Source of the DNA: Trueperaceae bacterium
GTDB taxonomy: Bacteria > Deinococcota > Deinococci > Deinococcales > Trueperaceae
Direction: 5' to 3'
DNA length: 64,000 nucleotides
NCBI GenBank assembly: GCA_965213925.1
Contig: OZ243927.1
Coordinates: forward strand, 288,001 to 352,000
In this document: piece after piece, positions 41,912 to 52,218 of the stretch
Numbering within the stretch: position 1 is the stretch's first letter
How the letters are laid out: the number at the start of each line of letters is the position of its first letter
Program-made: the position numbers and the translations under genes
Notes under the pieces: generated by a model
Told to the model about the DNA's origin: nothing
Database searches by the model: none
What the model saw: only the letters and a program-made list of their open reading frames with translations

Positions 41912-43942
41912 TCACGCCGCCACGTCGTCTGGGAAGGCCCGCTCTGCGCCGAACGACGAGTTTAGAAATTCCGGCACAGCGTCACTCTGCAGAGGTTTGG
42001 CGAAGAGGTAGCCTTGCGCGTATTCGCAGCCTAGCGCGCGCAGATGCTCCAACTGCTCGACCGTCTCCACGCCTTCCGCCACCACGCGCAGCCCGAGCCC
42101 GTGCGCCATCGCCACGATGGTCTGCACCAGGCGGGCGCTCTCGTCGCTTTGGGTCAACTTGTCGATGAAAGAGCGGTCGATTTTAAGGGCGTCAGCGGGG
42201 AAACCTTGCAGGTAAGAGAGCGACGAGTAGCCCGTGCCGAAGTCGTCGATGTGCAGCTCGAGCCCGAGCGCCTCGAGCTGCTCTAACGCCGCCATGACCT
42301 CCTGTGTGCGGTTGACCAGCGTACTCTCGGTAATTTCTAAATGAAGCTGCGCCGCGCTGAACCCTGTTTCTGTCAAGGTTGCTTGCACCGCCGCCACGAA
42401 GTCGGCGTGCTCCAGCTGCTGCGACGAGAGGTTGACATTCAGCGTTAGAGGATGGGCAAACTGCGTCTGCCATACGGCGAGCTGTTCACACGCCCCGCGT
42501 AAAACCCAGCGGTCGATGCCGATAATAGCGCCCGTTTCCTCGGCGATAGGGATAAAGTCCAAGGGCGAGATGAGCCCGCGTTGCGGGTGACGCCACCGCA
42601 CCAGCGCTTCGAAGCCGACCGTTCGGTCGCTTGTGACAGACACAATGGGCTGATAGTGAATTTCCAATTCGCCTTTAGGAACCGCACTGCGTAAGTCGCG
42701 CTCGAAGGTCATCGCCTGCACCACCTCTTCTCGCATCTCGGCGCTGAAGAGCTGGTGTCTGGCGCGTCCGCCCACCTTGGCGCGGTACATGGCAATGTCG
42801 GCGTCGCGCAAGACCTCTTCGGCGGTGGCGTAGCCCTCCTCCGAGGAGACGATGCCGACGCTCGCCGTCGCATGGACGCTGTGACCCTCCAAGCTAAAAG
42901 GGGCTTCTAAGGCGCGTTCGATGCGCTCGGCAACGAGCAGCGCGTCCTCGGGGCTGTTCATCTCTTCTAATAGGACCGTAAACTCGTCGCCGGCGAGCCG
43001 CGCCACAGTGTCGCCCGGACGCACGCACCGCAAAAGCCGCTCGCAAAAGGCGACTAAAAGCGCGTCCCCGACTGAGTGACCGAGCGAATCATTGATGCTC
43101 TTGAAGCGGTCTAGGTCTAAAAAGACAACGGCAAAGTAGGCGTTCTCGTCGGCTCGCCGCTGCTGAATCGCCCGGTCCACCCGCCTGACGAATAGGGCGC
43201 GGTTCGGGACGCCCGTCAAGTCGTCGTGGAACGCGCTGTGAACGAGCTTTTGGCGGCTCGCTCTGATCGCCCGCTCCATCGGGTGGAAGATAAAGAGCGC
43301 CTCCAACACCAGCGTCAGGAGCGTAGCACACAGAACCCCTAGCTCGATCCACTTGAGCCGCGCGACCTGCGCGTTCGACTCCTCTTCGTAACGCGTGACC
43401 GCCTCGTTGAGCGCGGGCAGGAGCGTGTCGGGCGCGGTCGCTAAAATCGCTTGCAGGTCGGGGTTGTCGGGCGTAAGGTCGCTTTCGGGCGTCTCTAAAA
43501 GGCTGCGCACGCGCTCAATATGCGCCGTCACTTGTTCGTCGAGATGGACGGGCGCATCAAAATAGAGCGCGGCGAGGTCGGGTGACGGATCACCGGGTAG
43601 CGCTAACGCTTCGTCGCCTCGTATCAGCCCTAAATGCGAGCGCTCCATCAGCGCAATATCTCTAGCCAGAGTTTGCGCGATCGCGTCGCGTTCGCCCGGA
43701 TTCTGCGCGTACACGAGCCGCTGCGCGTAGAGCGCAGTGCGCTGCGAGAGCATCCGCTGTCGCCCGCTCACGTTGATGATCGCGCCGTAATTCGCCTGCG
43801 TCTGGATCACGCTGCTGAGCGAAATATACGCCCCTAAGCTGAGCAAGCCGACGAGCGCCAGCGCCGTGAGGTAGCGCGCTCTCACAGACCAGTTCAGCGC
43901 TCGCTGATTCGTTTCGGTAGACGCGGCTCGTCTCGTTTGCAT
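41912..43942 (-). CDS. Membrane-anchored GGDEF-EAL protein with NarX/PilJ-like periplasmic sensor
   Basis: INVSGRQRMLSQR (NarX P-box-like), two TM segments, RLAGDEF, EALVRW, DDFGTGYSSL. Confidence 0.9.
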   Translation of the reverse strand: MQTRRAASTETNQRALNWSVRARYLTALALVGLLSLGAYISLSSVIQTQANYGAIINVSGRQRMLSQRTALYAQRLVYAQNPGERDAIAQTLARDIALMERSHLGLIRGDEALALPGDPSPDLAALYFDAPVHLDEQVTAHIERVRSLLETPESDLTPDNPDLQAILATAPDTLLPALNEAVTRYEEESNAQVARLKWIELGVLCATLLTLVLEALFIFHPMERAIRASRQKLVHSAFHDDLTGVPNRALFVRRVDRAIQQRRADENAYFAVVFLDLDRFKSINDSLGHSVGDALLVAFCERLLRCVRPGDTVARLAGDEFTVLLEEMNSPEDALLVAERIERALEAPFSLEGHSVHATASVGIVSSEEGYATAEEVLRDADIAMYRAKVGGRARHQLFSAEMREEVVQAMTFERDLRSAVPKGELEIHYQPIVSVTSDRTVGFEALVRWRHPQRGLISPLDFIPIAEETGAIIGIDRWVLRGACEQLAVWQTQFAHPLTLNVNLSSQQLEHADFVAAVQATLTETGFSAAQLHLEITESTLVNRTQEVMAALEQLEALGLELHIDDFGTGYSSLSYLQGFPADALKIDRSFIDKLTQSDESARLVQTIVAMAHGLGLRVVAEGVETVEQLEHLRALGCEYAQGYLFAKPLQSDAVPEFLNSSFGAERAFPDDVAA

Positions 43943-44321
43943 GGGTTGAACGCTCCTTTATTCAGCCCCCGTTTGCCCCGCGGCGAGCGCGTAATATCGC
44001 GCTCGCGACTGTCAAATGGTGCGTCAAAGTAAGGGCATGCACCTGTAGAAATAGACTGCGGGCGTTTGCACGAGGGACTTCGACATCAGTCCTTTATTAG
44101 TACGTGATTTGTGAGGGGTGAGGCGTGGGTTTCCTTACTCGGACCAGGTTCAAGCGCCTAAGTATGAACAACTTTATTTCCTAATTCCCAACTGTCCAGT
44201 TGCTGCAACCTGTAGCACCACTCCCCGCGCAACGCGACACGCCAAAGTGGACCTTTTCGCTTACGTTTAGCGTATGTCCGGGAGCATGAGGCTCGAGTCT
44301 TAGCAGTTTTGCAGAAAGCTT

Positions 44322-44480
44322 CAAGGCCCCATCGAGTTCTTTTTCGTCACGGGCTGTAGAGTCAGCGAGATTGATCAGCGCGACCGCATCGACCTCGACT
44401 GATCACACCGGAGGTCGTCCTCGGCAAGGGCAACAAGAAGCGGTCTACTTCGGGGCAAATCACCTCGGCAGCGCTTGACC
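44322..44480 (+). pseudogene. Tyrosine recombinase (XerC/D-like) fragment
   Basis: Broken frames read IEFFFVTGCRVSEI...IDLD* (from 44331), VVLGKGNKKR (from 44414) and VYFG. Confidence 0.6.
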
Positions 44481-44544
44481 GGGCGGCTCGTTATACGGTC
44501 AGCTATCTAACCGCTTTTCGCGCTCCAGCCTGTCATACTAGAGT

Positions 44545-45666
44545 ATGTTGAGTTCTCTTTCGGGCATCTTGCTCACCGCAGTTGTTTTCATCACTATTAT
44601 CACCGTGTCGGTGGTTATTCATGAGTTAGCGCACTACTTTAACGCTAGGAGCGTCGGCGTGCCGGTGCGCGCCTTTAGCGTCGGGATGGGTCCGATCATC
44701 TGGCGCAAGCAGTGGCGCGGGACGGAGTGGCGGCTGTCGCTCTTACCACTGGGCGGCTACGTCGACCTCAAAGGCTTAGCGCCCGAGCAGGGCGAAGACG
44801 GCGAGCTTTACTACCCGGACGAGGGTTTCATGAAGAAGAACTTCTTGCAGAAGTTTTGGGTGCTCATTGGTGGGGTGATCGCGAACTTTATCTTGGCTAT
44901 TTTGCTCATTTCGGTCGCAGTCACAGCCGCGCCCAACTCGAACGGACGCTATTTCGTCACAGGTGAGACGCCGCAGAGCTGGGGCGTCGCGCTGCAAGAG
45001 GTCATGCCAGATTCCCCTGCTGAGCGCTTAGGCATCCAACCGGGCGATATCGTCCTCTCGGTCAACGGCGTGCAGGACCCGAACATGGAGGAGTTTCGTG
45101 ACGTCGTTCAGAACGCTTCGGAGCTTTCACTCGTGTTACAGCGCGACGGCGAAGAGGTCACAGTGCAGACGCCTTGGCCGCCCGAGGGCGCGGAGAGTCC
45201 CCTTCTCGGGGTGGGCTTAATACCGCTCGAGGTGGGCGAGCTTCCCCCTATTTCGTACGGCACCGCCCTAGTCGAAACCACGACCTTCCTCGCCCGCATC
45301 GTTCCCGAGTCGATCACGGGTATCGTCGGCGGCTTCGGCTCGGCGCTTTCGGGGCAGCGCAGCGAAAACGTCGCGGGTCCGGTGGGTATCGTTACGATGA
45401 CGGGGCAAGCGGCGCGTAGCGGTCTCATTCCGGTGCTCTTCTTCGCGGGCATCATCAACTTCTCGCTCGCGCTCTTTAACGCGCTGCCTGTTCCCGGTTT
45501 GGACGGCGGGCGCATCCTCCTCTCAGGCGTTGTGGCGCTGCGCGGAAAACCGTTTAAGCCCGGTCAAGAGGAGTTCGTCAACTTCTTGGGCATCGCCTTT
45601 CTGATGTTTTTCGTCGTGCTCATCACCTTTGGGGAAGTCGGCGACCTCATCGGTATCGGTCAGTAA
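44545..45666 (+). CDS. rseP: RIP metalloprotease RseP (M50 with PDZ)
   Basis: HELAH, FSVGMGP, PLGGYV, PDZ domain, NALPVPGLDGG. Confidence 0.92.
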   Translation: MLSSLSGILLTAVVFITIITVSVVIHELAHYFNARSVGVPVRAFSVGMGPIIWRKQWRGTEWRLSLLPLGGYVDLKGLAPEQGEDGELYYPDEGFMKKNFLQKFWVLIGGVIANFILAILLISVAVTAAPNSNGRYFVTGETPQSWGVALQEVMPDSPAERLGIQPGDIVLSVNGVQDPNMEEFRDVVQNASELSLVLQRDGEEVTVQTPWPPEGAESPLLGVGLIPLEVGELPPISYGTALVETTTFLARIVPESITGIVGGFGSALSGQRSENVAGPVGIVTMTGQAARSGLIPVLFFAGIINFSLALFNALPVPGLDGGRILLSGVVALRGKPFKPGQEEFVNFLGIAFLMFFVVLITFGEVGDLIGIGQ

Positions 45667-45744
45667 GCGTTCAGCAAATTTTAACAAAGCGCGTCAGGTG
45701 GAAAGCCTGACGTTTCTTCTTGCAGAAGCGGTTACACTAAGTCT

Positions 45745-46407
45745 ATGTCTTTTAGCACGCGCTCTTGCGGCATCCTCATCCCTGCTCATAATGAAGGGGC
45801 GCGGTTGGGGCGCGTGGTCGAAACGGCGCTGAGCGCTGAGCTTGGACCAGTTTTAGTGGTGGACGACGGCTCCACGGACGCCACCGCCGCCGCCGCTACG
45901 GAAGCGGGGGCGCAGGTGCTCGAGCTGCCTCAAAACTTGGGTAAGGGCGGCGCGGTTTTCGAAGGCGCGAAGCAGTTGCAGACAGATATTGTCGTCATGG
46001 TCGACGCGGACCTTACCGGCTTGACCGAGGCGCACCTGCGCGCGCTCGCCCAACCCGTTTTGGAGGGCAAAGTCGAGATGACCAGAGGAGTTTTTGTAGG
46101 CGGGCGCTGGCGCACGACGGCGGCGCAACGTATCGCGCCGCAGCTCAACGGGCAGCGGGGCATCGTCCGGGAGCGGCTTTTAGAGGTGACGGGATTACGG
46201 GGAAGCCGCTACGGTCTCGAAATCGCCATCACCGAGCACGCCAGAAGAGCGAGGTGGCGCACCGTTGACGTAGCGATGCCAGGCGTGTCGCAGGTCATGA
46301 AAGAGGAGAAACGCGGCGTCCTGCCCGGCTTCGCCATCCGACTCAAGATGTACGGAGAGATTTTGGGAACGTGGTTTCGCAGCCTGACGGGGGAGCGTAA
46401 CGGGTAG
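45745..46407 (+). CDS. Glycosyltransferase family 2
   Basis: IPAHNE, VDDGSTD, NLGKG, DADL. Confidence 0.88.
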   Translation: MSFSTRSCGILIPAHNEGARLGRVVETALSAELGPVLVVDDGSTDATAAAATEAGAQVLELPQNLGKGGAVFEGAKQLQTDIVVMVDADLTGLTEAHLRALAQPVLEGKVEMTRGVFVGGRWRTTAAQRIAPQLNGQRGIVRERLLEVTGLRGSRYGLEIAITEHARRARWRTVDVAMPGVSQVMKEEKRGVLPGFAIRLKMYGEILGTWFRSLTGERNG

Positions 46408-46450
46408 ACGGAACTGACGTTCGTAGAGGCTAAAGAGGTTAAACTCTCCT

Positions 46451-47071
46451 ATGCTCTCACTGCAACGCTTGACGGTCGGTCCTCTTCAAGAGAACTGTTA
46501 CCTGCTGACCGATGATGAAACGAAGAGCGCCGTCCTCGTCGACCCCGGCGACGAAGCGCCCAAACTCATGCAGGCGCTAGAAGGCTACACCCTCCAGGCA
46601 ATTTGGCTCACCCACGCGCACTTCGACCATGTGGGCGCGTTGGCTGAGTTGCAAGTCTATGACGTGCCGACCTTCCTCCATCCCAACGACGAACCTCTTC
46701 TAGCGAACGCGAAGGCGTCGGCGTCGCGTTTTGGTTTGCACTTACGGCAACCGAAAGTCGAATACACACCGTTAGGGGACGCGCACGTCCTCTCGTTCGG
46801 GGACCAAGAGGTCCGCTGTCTCTTCACGCCCGGTCACGCGCCGGGGCATATCGCGTTCTATTTTCCGGCTGGAGGGATCGTCTTAGCAGGCGACGCGCTC
46901 TTTAGGGGCGGGATCGGGCGCACGGACCTGCCGGGTGGCAACCACGCACAGCTTATAGAGAGCATTCGCACTCAACTGCTCACACTGCCGGAAGAAACCG
47001 TTGTCTATCCGGGTCACGGACCGGAAACGACGGTCGGGCACGAAGCGAAGAGCAACCCGTTCCTCGTCTAG
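46451..47071 (+). CDS. MBL-fold metallo-hydrolase (YcbL/glyoxalase II-like)
   Basis: THAHFDHVG, TPGHAPG, GDALF, GRTDL, PGHG. Confidence 0.92.
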   Translation: MLSLQRLTVGPLQENCYLLTDDETKSAVLVDPGDEAPKLMQALEGYTLQAIWLTHAHFDHVGALAELQVYDVPTFLHPNDEPLLANAKASASRFGLHLRQPKVEYTPLGDAHVLSFGDQEVRCLFTPGHAPGHIAFYFPAGGIVLAGDALFRGGIGRTDLPGGNHAQLIESIRTQLLTLPEETVVYPGHGPETTVGHEAKSNPFLV

Positions 47072-47244
47072 TTTTTGCGTCTATAGATCGGTAGTTCCAC
47101 GCACCGCTGCCACGCTTCTTTGCCAATTTCACAGCTTTGCTGTAACGGAACTTCATCCCTAAACGTACCTGCTAAACTGTGTCTAATCTGAGCGTGTAGT
47201 TGACCAGATGAAAGTGCCCTGCTTCAGCGGGTATACCTGCTAAT

Positions 47245-47559
47245 TTAGTAAGCGCTCAGCCACACGGACAGTTCTTTGTTTTGAGGCAGGCTGAATTCAC
47301 CTCTATAGGACCTGTGACCGGGGGCGTGAACTTCGTAGCTGTACTGCCCGGCGGGTAGGTCGAACGAGGTCAGCGGACCCTCTTGCTCCAGCACCGCCGC
47401 GATCGGCGTCGCCTTCGCTTCGTGCACCCACACCGTCGCGTGGGGCGGCTGCACTTCGATGGTGAGTGGATAGTTCGCCTTGTCACCCTGAGCGTTGCCC
47501 TCGCAGCCCGCTATCAGAAGAGGGAGGAGACAGGTAAGAAGGAGCTTCGCTAAGTTCAT
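47245..47559 (-). CDS. Small lipoprotein (PEGA-like beta domain)
   Basis: Lipobox IAGC; V.PP.ATVW, LPAG.Y...V.APG. Confidence 0.6.
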   Translation of the reverse strand: MNLAKLLLTCLLPLLIAGCEGNAQGDKANYPLTIEVQPPHATVWVHEAKATPIAAVLEQEGPLTSFDLPAGQYSYEVHAPGHRSYRGEFSLPQNKELSVWLSAY

Positions 47560-47818
47560 ACCTAAGCGTAGAGTAGGTGCGGGAAAGCTCGAGTGACGAA
47601 TGTCTTAGCGTGTGAAGCCTTTCACAGTAACGTTTCGAACGAGTGCAATTTTTTACGGAAAAAGCCGCGCAGGAGCGCAGCTTCTCTCGCTCTAATACTC
47701 TGTCAACTAAAAGATGAGTGATGTCATTCTGAACGCAACGAAGTGGAGTGAAAGAATCTCGTCTTTCATTCCCAACCAGCCGAGATTGCAAAACGAGACC
47801 CTTACGCCTTCGCCGGAC

Positions 47819-48589
47819 GGTAGTGGTCGCACCCCGAATGCTATAGTAGGGCATGGTTACGAAGACACTCACCTGTTACCACTGCGACAGCGAGAACATC
47901 GTCAAGAACGGCGTAGCGCCGAATGGGAAGCAGAAGTATCGCTGTAAGGACTGTAAAAAGCAGAGCCGTGAGGAGCCGAGTCCGAATGGCTACACTGAGC
48001 CGCGCAAAGAGGAGATTTTAAGCGCGTATGAGGAGCGTTCCAGTTTAAGAGGGCTTGAGCGCACCTTCGGGGTGGCGCGTAGCACGGTGAGTCGCTGGCT
48101 CAAAAAAAACGAAGAAAACTCCCCGCACTGAAAGACACCCTTGTCAGGTTCGATGTTCCTCAGCGCGTGGAGCTAGAGCTTGATGAGTTGCACTCGTTTG
48201 TGCAGAAGAAAGCGAAGAAACGCTGGGTGTGGATCGCTTTATGCAAGCAGACTCGTCAAGTGGTTGCTTGCGTCATAGGTGGGCGCGGCGCAGCCACCTG
48301 TAAGCAACTCTGGAAGGGCATTCCTGAAAACTACAAGCAAGGTCTTCGTTACAGCGACTTCTGGGAAGCCTATCAGAGCGTACTGCCAGACGAACACCAC
48401 CAAGCTGTCAGTAAAGCTACAGGTCTTACTTCCCACGTTGAGCGCTTCAACAACACACTCAGGCAACGTCTTGCTCGCTTCGTGCGCAAGACGTTGGCAT
48501 TCTCTAAGTCCGAGCATATGCATCTTACCTGTCTACACCGCTTCCTCGTCCGTTACAACCTGGAGATCATTCGGGATTGAACCACTACC
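47819..48589 (+). mobile_element. IS1-family insertion sequence, intact, 771 bp
   Basis: TIRs GGTAGTGGTCGCACCCCGAAT / GGTAGTGGTTCAATCCCGAAT; 8-bp TSD CGCCGGAC at 47811-47818 and 48590-48597. Confidence 0.95.
47853..48580 (+). CDS. insAB: IS1 transposase InsAB (programmed -1 frameshift)
   Basis: InsA zinc finger (CYHC..CKDC) and HTH at 47853-48131; A-run slippery site at about 48102-48110; InsB DELHSFV, SDFWEAY, ERFNNTLRQR. Confidence 0.92.
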
Positions 48590-48704
48590 CGCCGGACTTC
48601 GTCTGACTGCGTGAACAGGGTGATAACAGTATTGCACTCCTTACGGTGTAGTAAGCGTTATGCAGTTTAGTTTGCAGTAAATGTCCTCAACTGAGAGGGT
48701 GCAA

Positions 48705-49328
48705 CTATTCGCCCGCCACTGAGCGTAATAAACCGATATCGACGAGCGCAATCTTGCCGTAGCCTGCGCTGATAGCCCCTTGCCTCGAGAGTTCCCCCAC
48801 GACCTTTGTGACTGTTTCGCGTACCGAGCCTACTGCCGCCGCTAGGTCGTCGTGCGTGATGTGAACGATAGGCTCGTCTTGTCCACCACGACTCGCCAAC
48901 GCGCTGTCTTGCAAGTCGAGCAGTTCGGCGGCGATACGCGCCTTGAGGCGCTTACCGGAGAGCCGGTAGAGCGAACGGTAGAGCCGCTCGATGGCTTCGA
49001 CTAGGTGCGTCGTAAGGTTTAGGTTCTCTTCGGGGTTGAGCGTCATCGGGCTCATCACGTCGACGCTCGTCGGGGTCACCGCTTCGGCGAAGTAGCGCCG
49101 CGGCAACCCGCAAACCGCCTCTTCACCGAAATAACCGCCCGGCTTGACGTAGCGCAAGGTGAGACCGTTGCCCTCATCGTCGACGGTGTGGATGCGCACC
49201 AAACCCTCGTACACGCGGTAGACGTTGCCAGACTCGCCGGGAAAAAGGATGACTTCACCCGGATTGTAGCTTAGCGTATCCGCGTAGTCGCCGGTCTGTT
49301 CCTTTGAGGTCGAAGCTGCGACGCTCAT
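48705..49328 (-). CDS. ddrI: CRP/FNR-family regulator DdrI (LdrP-like)
   Basis: GLVRIHTVDDEGNGLTLRYVKPG.YFGEEA...THDDLAAAVGSVRETVTKVVGEL matches Deinococcus DdrI as I recall it. Confidence 0.88.
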   Translation of the reverse strand: MSVAASTSKEQTGDYADTLSYNPGEVILFPGESGNVYRVYEGLVRIHTVDDEGNGLTLRYVKPGGYFGEEAVCGLPRRYFAEAVTPTSVDVMSPMTLNPEENLNLTTHLVEAIERLYRSLYRLSGKRLKARIAAELLDLQDSALASRGGQDEPIVHITHDDLAAAVGSVRETVTKVVGELSRQGAISAGYGKIALVDIGLLRSVAGE

Positions 49329-49599
49329 ACATCCCTCCCCTCAAACCCACGCTCTTGTTTAGCCATCTCTATCACTCTCTAAACTATACGTTTTGCCCCT
49401 CTGCTGAATAAAAGTTCACGTTACTAAAATCACGTGCGAAAGTGTAATATTTCTCATACATGCCTTCAGAAAGGCTTCATATACCTTATATACCTTTTGA
49501 GTTGAGGGCTTAGCGCGGTCGAAGCGTCACGGTGCGACCCGCCGCGAAAGTGAGAAAGTTACGCCACTGTGCGGACCCAGCGTCCTAGACTTTACGAGT

Positions 49600-50031
49600 A
49601 TGAACATCTTACGTATCCTCCTCCTCGCCATTTTGCCCCTAAGCGCCTGCACCGTATCCTATGAGCCTGGTACAGCGACCGTCACCGCGCAACCTACGGG
49701 TGCAAAACCGGCTAGCCAGCCTGCTAAGACGCAAGTCAGCGCGAACGGTTACGAGTTGCGGGCTTATCCGAACGCCGCTATGTTCAAGCGTGAGGAGAAC
49801 CGGGACAAGCTCAAATGGGAGTTCGGCACAGCCGACTCCTTGGAGCGCGTCTACAGACACTTTCATCGGCAGCTAACACAGCAAGGCTGGCGTCGCACCG
49901 AACTAGAGCAAAAGGGCGCGGCAACAAAGTTAGAGGCAACCTACGTAAAAAATGGCGGGGAATTAGAACTCAAGCTCGACCAGAAAGGAAAGAGCGGGCG
50001 CTATAAGCTCGAGGTCGAAGCTGACGATTAG
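49600..50031 (+). CDS. Hypothetical lipoprotein
   Basis: Lipobox LSAC; TAGACT 8 nt upstream of the ATG. Confidence 0.7.
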   Translation: MNILRILLLAILPLSACTVSYEPGTATVTAQPTGAKPASQPAKTQVSANGYELRAYPNAAMFKREENRDKLKWEFGTADSLERVYRHFHRQLTQQGWRRTELEQKGAATKLEATYVKNGGELELKLDQKGKSGRYKLEVEADD

Positions 50032-50127
50032 GGGTCGAAGCTAGTTACGACTGGCTCTATAAAATTCCCGATTCGTAGGAGCATCCAGATAAGGTGACGC
50101 TGGTATAGTGAACTGCTCATGCGCGGC

Positions 50128-50155
50128 GTAGGGGCGATTCGTGAATCACCCCTAC
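50128..50155. repeat. GTAG-type REP palindrome
   Basis: GTAGGGGCGATTCGTGAATCACCCCTAC; relatives at 59920-59947 and 62355-62380. Confidence 0.75.
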
Positions 50156-50172
50156 TCATGAACGCCGTAGCT

Positions 50173-50745
50173 CTATGGACTCTCCGGCGCGGCAGGTGCA
50201 GTCTCCGCCGGTCTCTCTACCGGGACGACGGACGGTGACGGGAAGCGCGTCCGCAAATCCTCCACGACTTGCGCCATGAAGCGGTCCGCACTTCTAGAGG
50301 CGGTGCCGCCAGGTCCAGTGCTCGAGTACACCAACGTCGCCCCTCTCTCCGCTGGGCGCAGCACCGCGCTGACGATCGTACGTTCCGGCTCTCTCGCCGG
50401 CACGGGCACGTACACGCGGAAAAAGGGACCGAAGAAGACGCCCTCCTCGCCCTGGTCCTCGTAGCGTCTGCTGCGGAGCGTGACAGTGCTGCGCGGGCTC
50501 CGCTCGTTTCTGACCGCTGTGATAAGCCCCGTGTCGCGGTCCGCTTCGACGATGGCAAACGTCAGGCGTGTTCCCCCCGAGCGCACGTACGTGCTCGTCA
50601 TCTCTTGCAGCGTCGCGTCGAAGAGCGCGTCGTAGCGGGCGCTGAAAAAGAGCGGTTCCTCGGGCGGCAAGGTGCTCGTGACGGGCGCACAAGCGGCGAG
50701 GATGACAAGTAGCGCGGAGAAGCTGAGGGCGCGAATTCCTTTCAT
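50173..50745 (-). CDS. Hypothetical lipoprotein
   Basis: Lipobox LAAC, strong SD AGGAGG. Confidence 0.7.
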   Translation of the reverse strand: MKGIRALSFSALLVILAACAPVTSTLPPEEPLFFSARYDALFDATLQEMTSTYVRSGGTRLTFAIVEADRDTGLITAVRNERSPRSTVTLRSRRYEDQGEEGVFFGPFFRVYVPVPAREPERTIVSAVLRPAERGATLVYSSTGPGGTASRSADRFMAQVVEDLRTRFPSPSVVPVERPAETAPAAPESP

Positions 50746-50844
50746 AACGTTCCTCCTAAACGGATTAGTAGCCCATCATAACGCCGCAAGGAACCACACA
50801 CGGTGAGGAAATCTCGCACTTTCATGAAGGTTCGGGTGTGAACG

Positions 50845-51153
50845 TCAGGCGTCCGCGTCCACGGTGCGCGGCACCTTGAAGTAGCCCTCTTCCTCTTCCA
50901 CAGCGAGCCTCAGCGCGTCGGCTTGCTCCAGGCTAGGGCGCACGACGTCTTCACGAAACACGTTATGACTCGGCGTCGGGCGGACGAGTTCGTCCACGCC
51001 GTCCGTGTCGAGTTCGCGTATCTGCTCGAAGTAGTCCAGGATTTTGTTCAGGTCTTCTTTAAGGTGCTGCGTCTCTTCCGGGTCAATTTCTAGGCGAGCG
51101 AGCGTTTTGAGGTGCGCCATCTCCTCATCGCTGATGATTGGTTTATTGGACAT
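50845..51153 (-). CDS. gatC: Asp/Glu-tRNA amidotransferase subunit C
   Basis: LARL, IL.YFEQ..ELDT.GV, FRED, GYFKVP. Confidence 0.93.
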   Translation of the reverse strand: MSNKPIISDEEMAHLKTLARLEIDPEETQHLKEDLNKILDYFEQIRELDTDGVDELVRPTPSHNVFREDVVRPSLEQADALRLAVEEEEGYFKVPRTVDADA

Positions 51154-51297
51154 GAAGTGAGTGTATCACGTGTTATCTCAGACTCTGCAGTCGGTTGGGT
51201 GGACGAGAGTACAGAATGAAAAGCGTACGCTTTTCATTCTGTACTAGCAATCTCCTCGAGGACGTTTGCCCTCACCCACTTGGGGTAGACTATCCCT

Positions 51298-51708
51298 ATG
51301 AAACGTGGTCTCAGTCTTCTAGCCATCCTTTTTCTACTCCTCGGTTGCAACGCCCCGTCGGAGGGGAGTGCACAAGCTCAAGAGGCGCAGGGCGAGTCGG
51401 GGAGCAGCCCCACCGCCGTGCGCACCGAGTTAGAGGGCGAGCCTGCGCTGGGCGCGGCTAAGGTGCTCGTCTATGTCCTCAAAGACAACCAAGGTGTCTC
51501 GGGCGCGACCGTTGAAGTGACGGGCGATATGACCCACGCGGGCATGGCTCCGGTCACAGCTACCGCGAAAGAGGTCGGCGCGGGGCTCTACGAGACCGAA
51601 GGCTTCGAGTTCACGATGGCGGGCGACTGGCTCCTCACCTCTGAGGTGGTGTACCCTGACGGGACCGAAGTAGAAGATACCACAGCGCTTAGCGTACCTG
51701 GACGGTAA
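51298..51708 (+). CDS. YtkA/FixH-like lipoprotein (putative copper chaperone)
   Basis: Lipobox LLGC; GA.V.V.GDMTHAGM.P...G.Y....F.MAGDW. Confidence 0.75.
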   Translation: MKRGLSLLAILFLLLGCNAPSEGSAQAQEAQGESGSSPTAVRTELEGEPALGAAKVLVYVLKDNQGVSGATVEVTGDMTHAGMAPVTATAKEVGAGLYETEGFEFTMAGDWLLTSEVVYPDGTEVEDTTALSVPGR

Positions 51709-51719
51709 TTTGACCTGAT

Positions 51720-52043
51720 ATGAGACGCCCTTCGCAAGACACCCTGAGAACTGCCTGCCGCGCAGGTAGGGGGGCGTTCTTTGCGTTTCTGCTGACCTCG
51801 GCGCTCTTTGCCTCGCCCTTCTTGGCGGCGCAGCAGGATTTCGGGCATACGCACCCCGAGGGCACACCACCGCACGTCCACGGCATCTCGAGCGTTTTAG
51901 GTCACACCTTTTTGACGCCTGTTGTTATCTCGGTAGCGGCCAGCTTCGCAATTGTCTTTGTTTTATCCTTAACGTGTCCCTCTTTAGTTCTAGCACCTTT
52001 TAGGAACCCCGCGCACGGAGTCCGTGCGCCACCTTTTGCTTAG
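51720..52043 (+). CDS. Small exported His-rich protein ending in the RAPP arrest motif (putative regulatory uORF)
   Basis: Hydrophobic N-region, HTH....PHVH, second hydrophobic stretch, C-terminal HGVRAPPFA*. Confidence 0.65.
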   Translation: MRRPSQDTLRTACRAGRGAFFAFLLTSALFASPFLAAQQDFGHTHPEGTPPHVHGISSVLGHTFLTPVVISVAASFAIVFVLSLTCPSLVLAPFRNPAHGVRAPPFA

Positions 52044-52218
52044 TGTTTAACAAAGCTTCACACCTCTCTAGGTTTCTACTTGTGGGTTGCTCGAGTCTCT
52101 CGAGCGTATCTGTACGTACTGAGTTGACAAGGTGCAAAGCTAGTTCGAGCTTTTCTAAGCTCGGCAATTCTTAAAACAATCTCCCCTTGAAATTTCTAAG
52201 CAAAAGGAGACCTATCCG

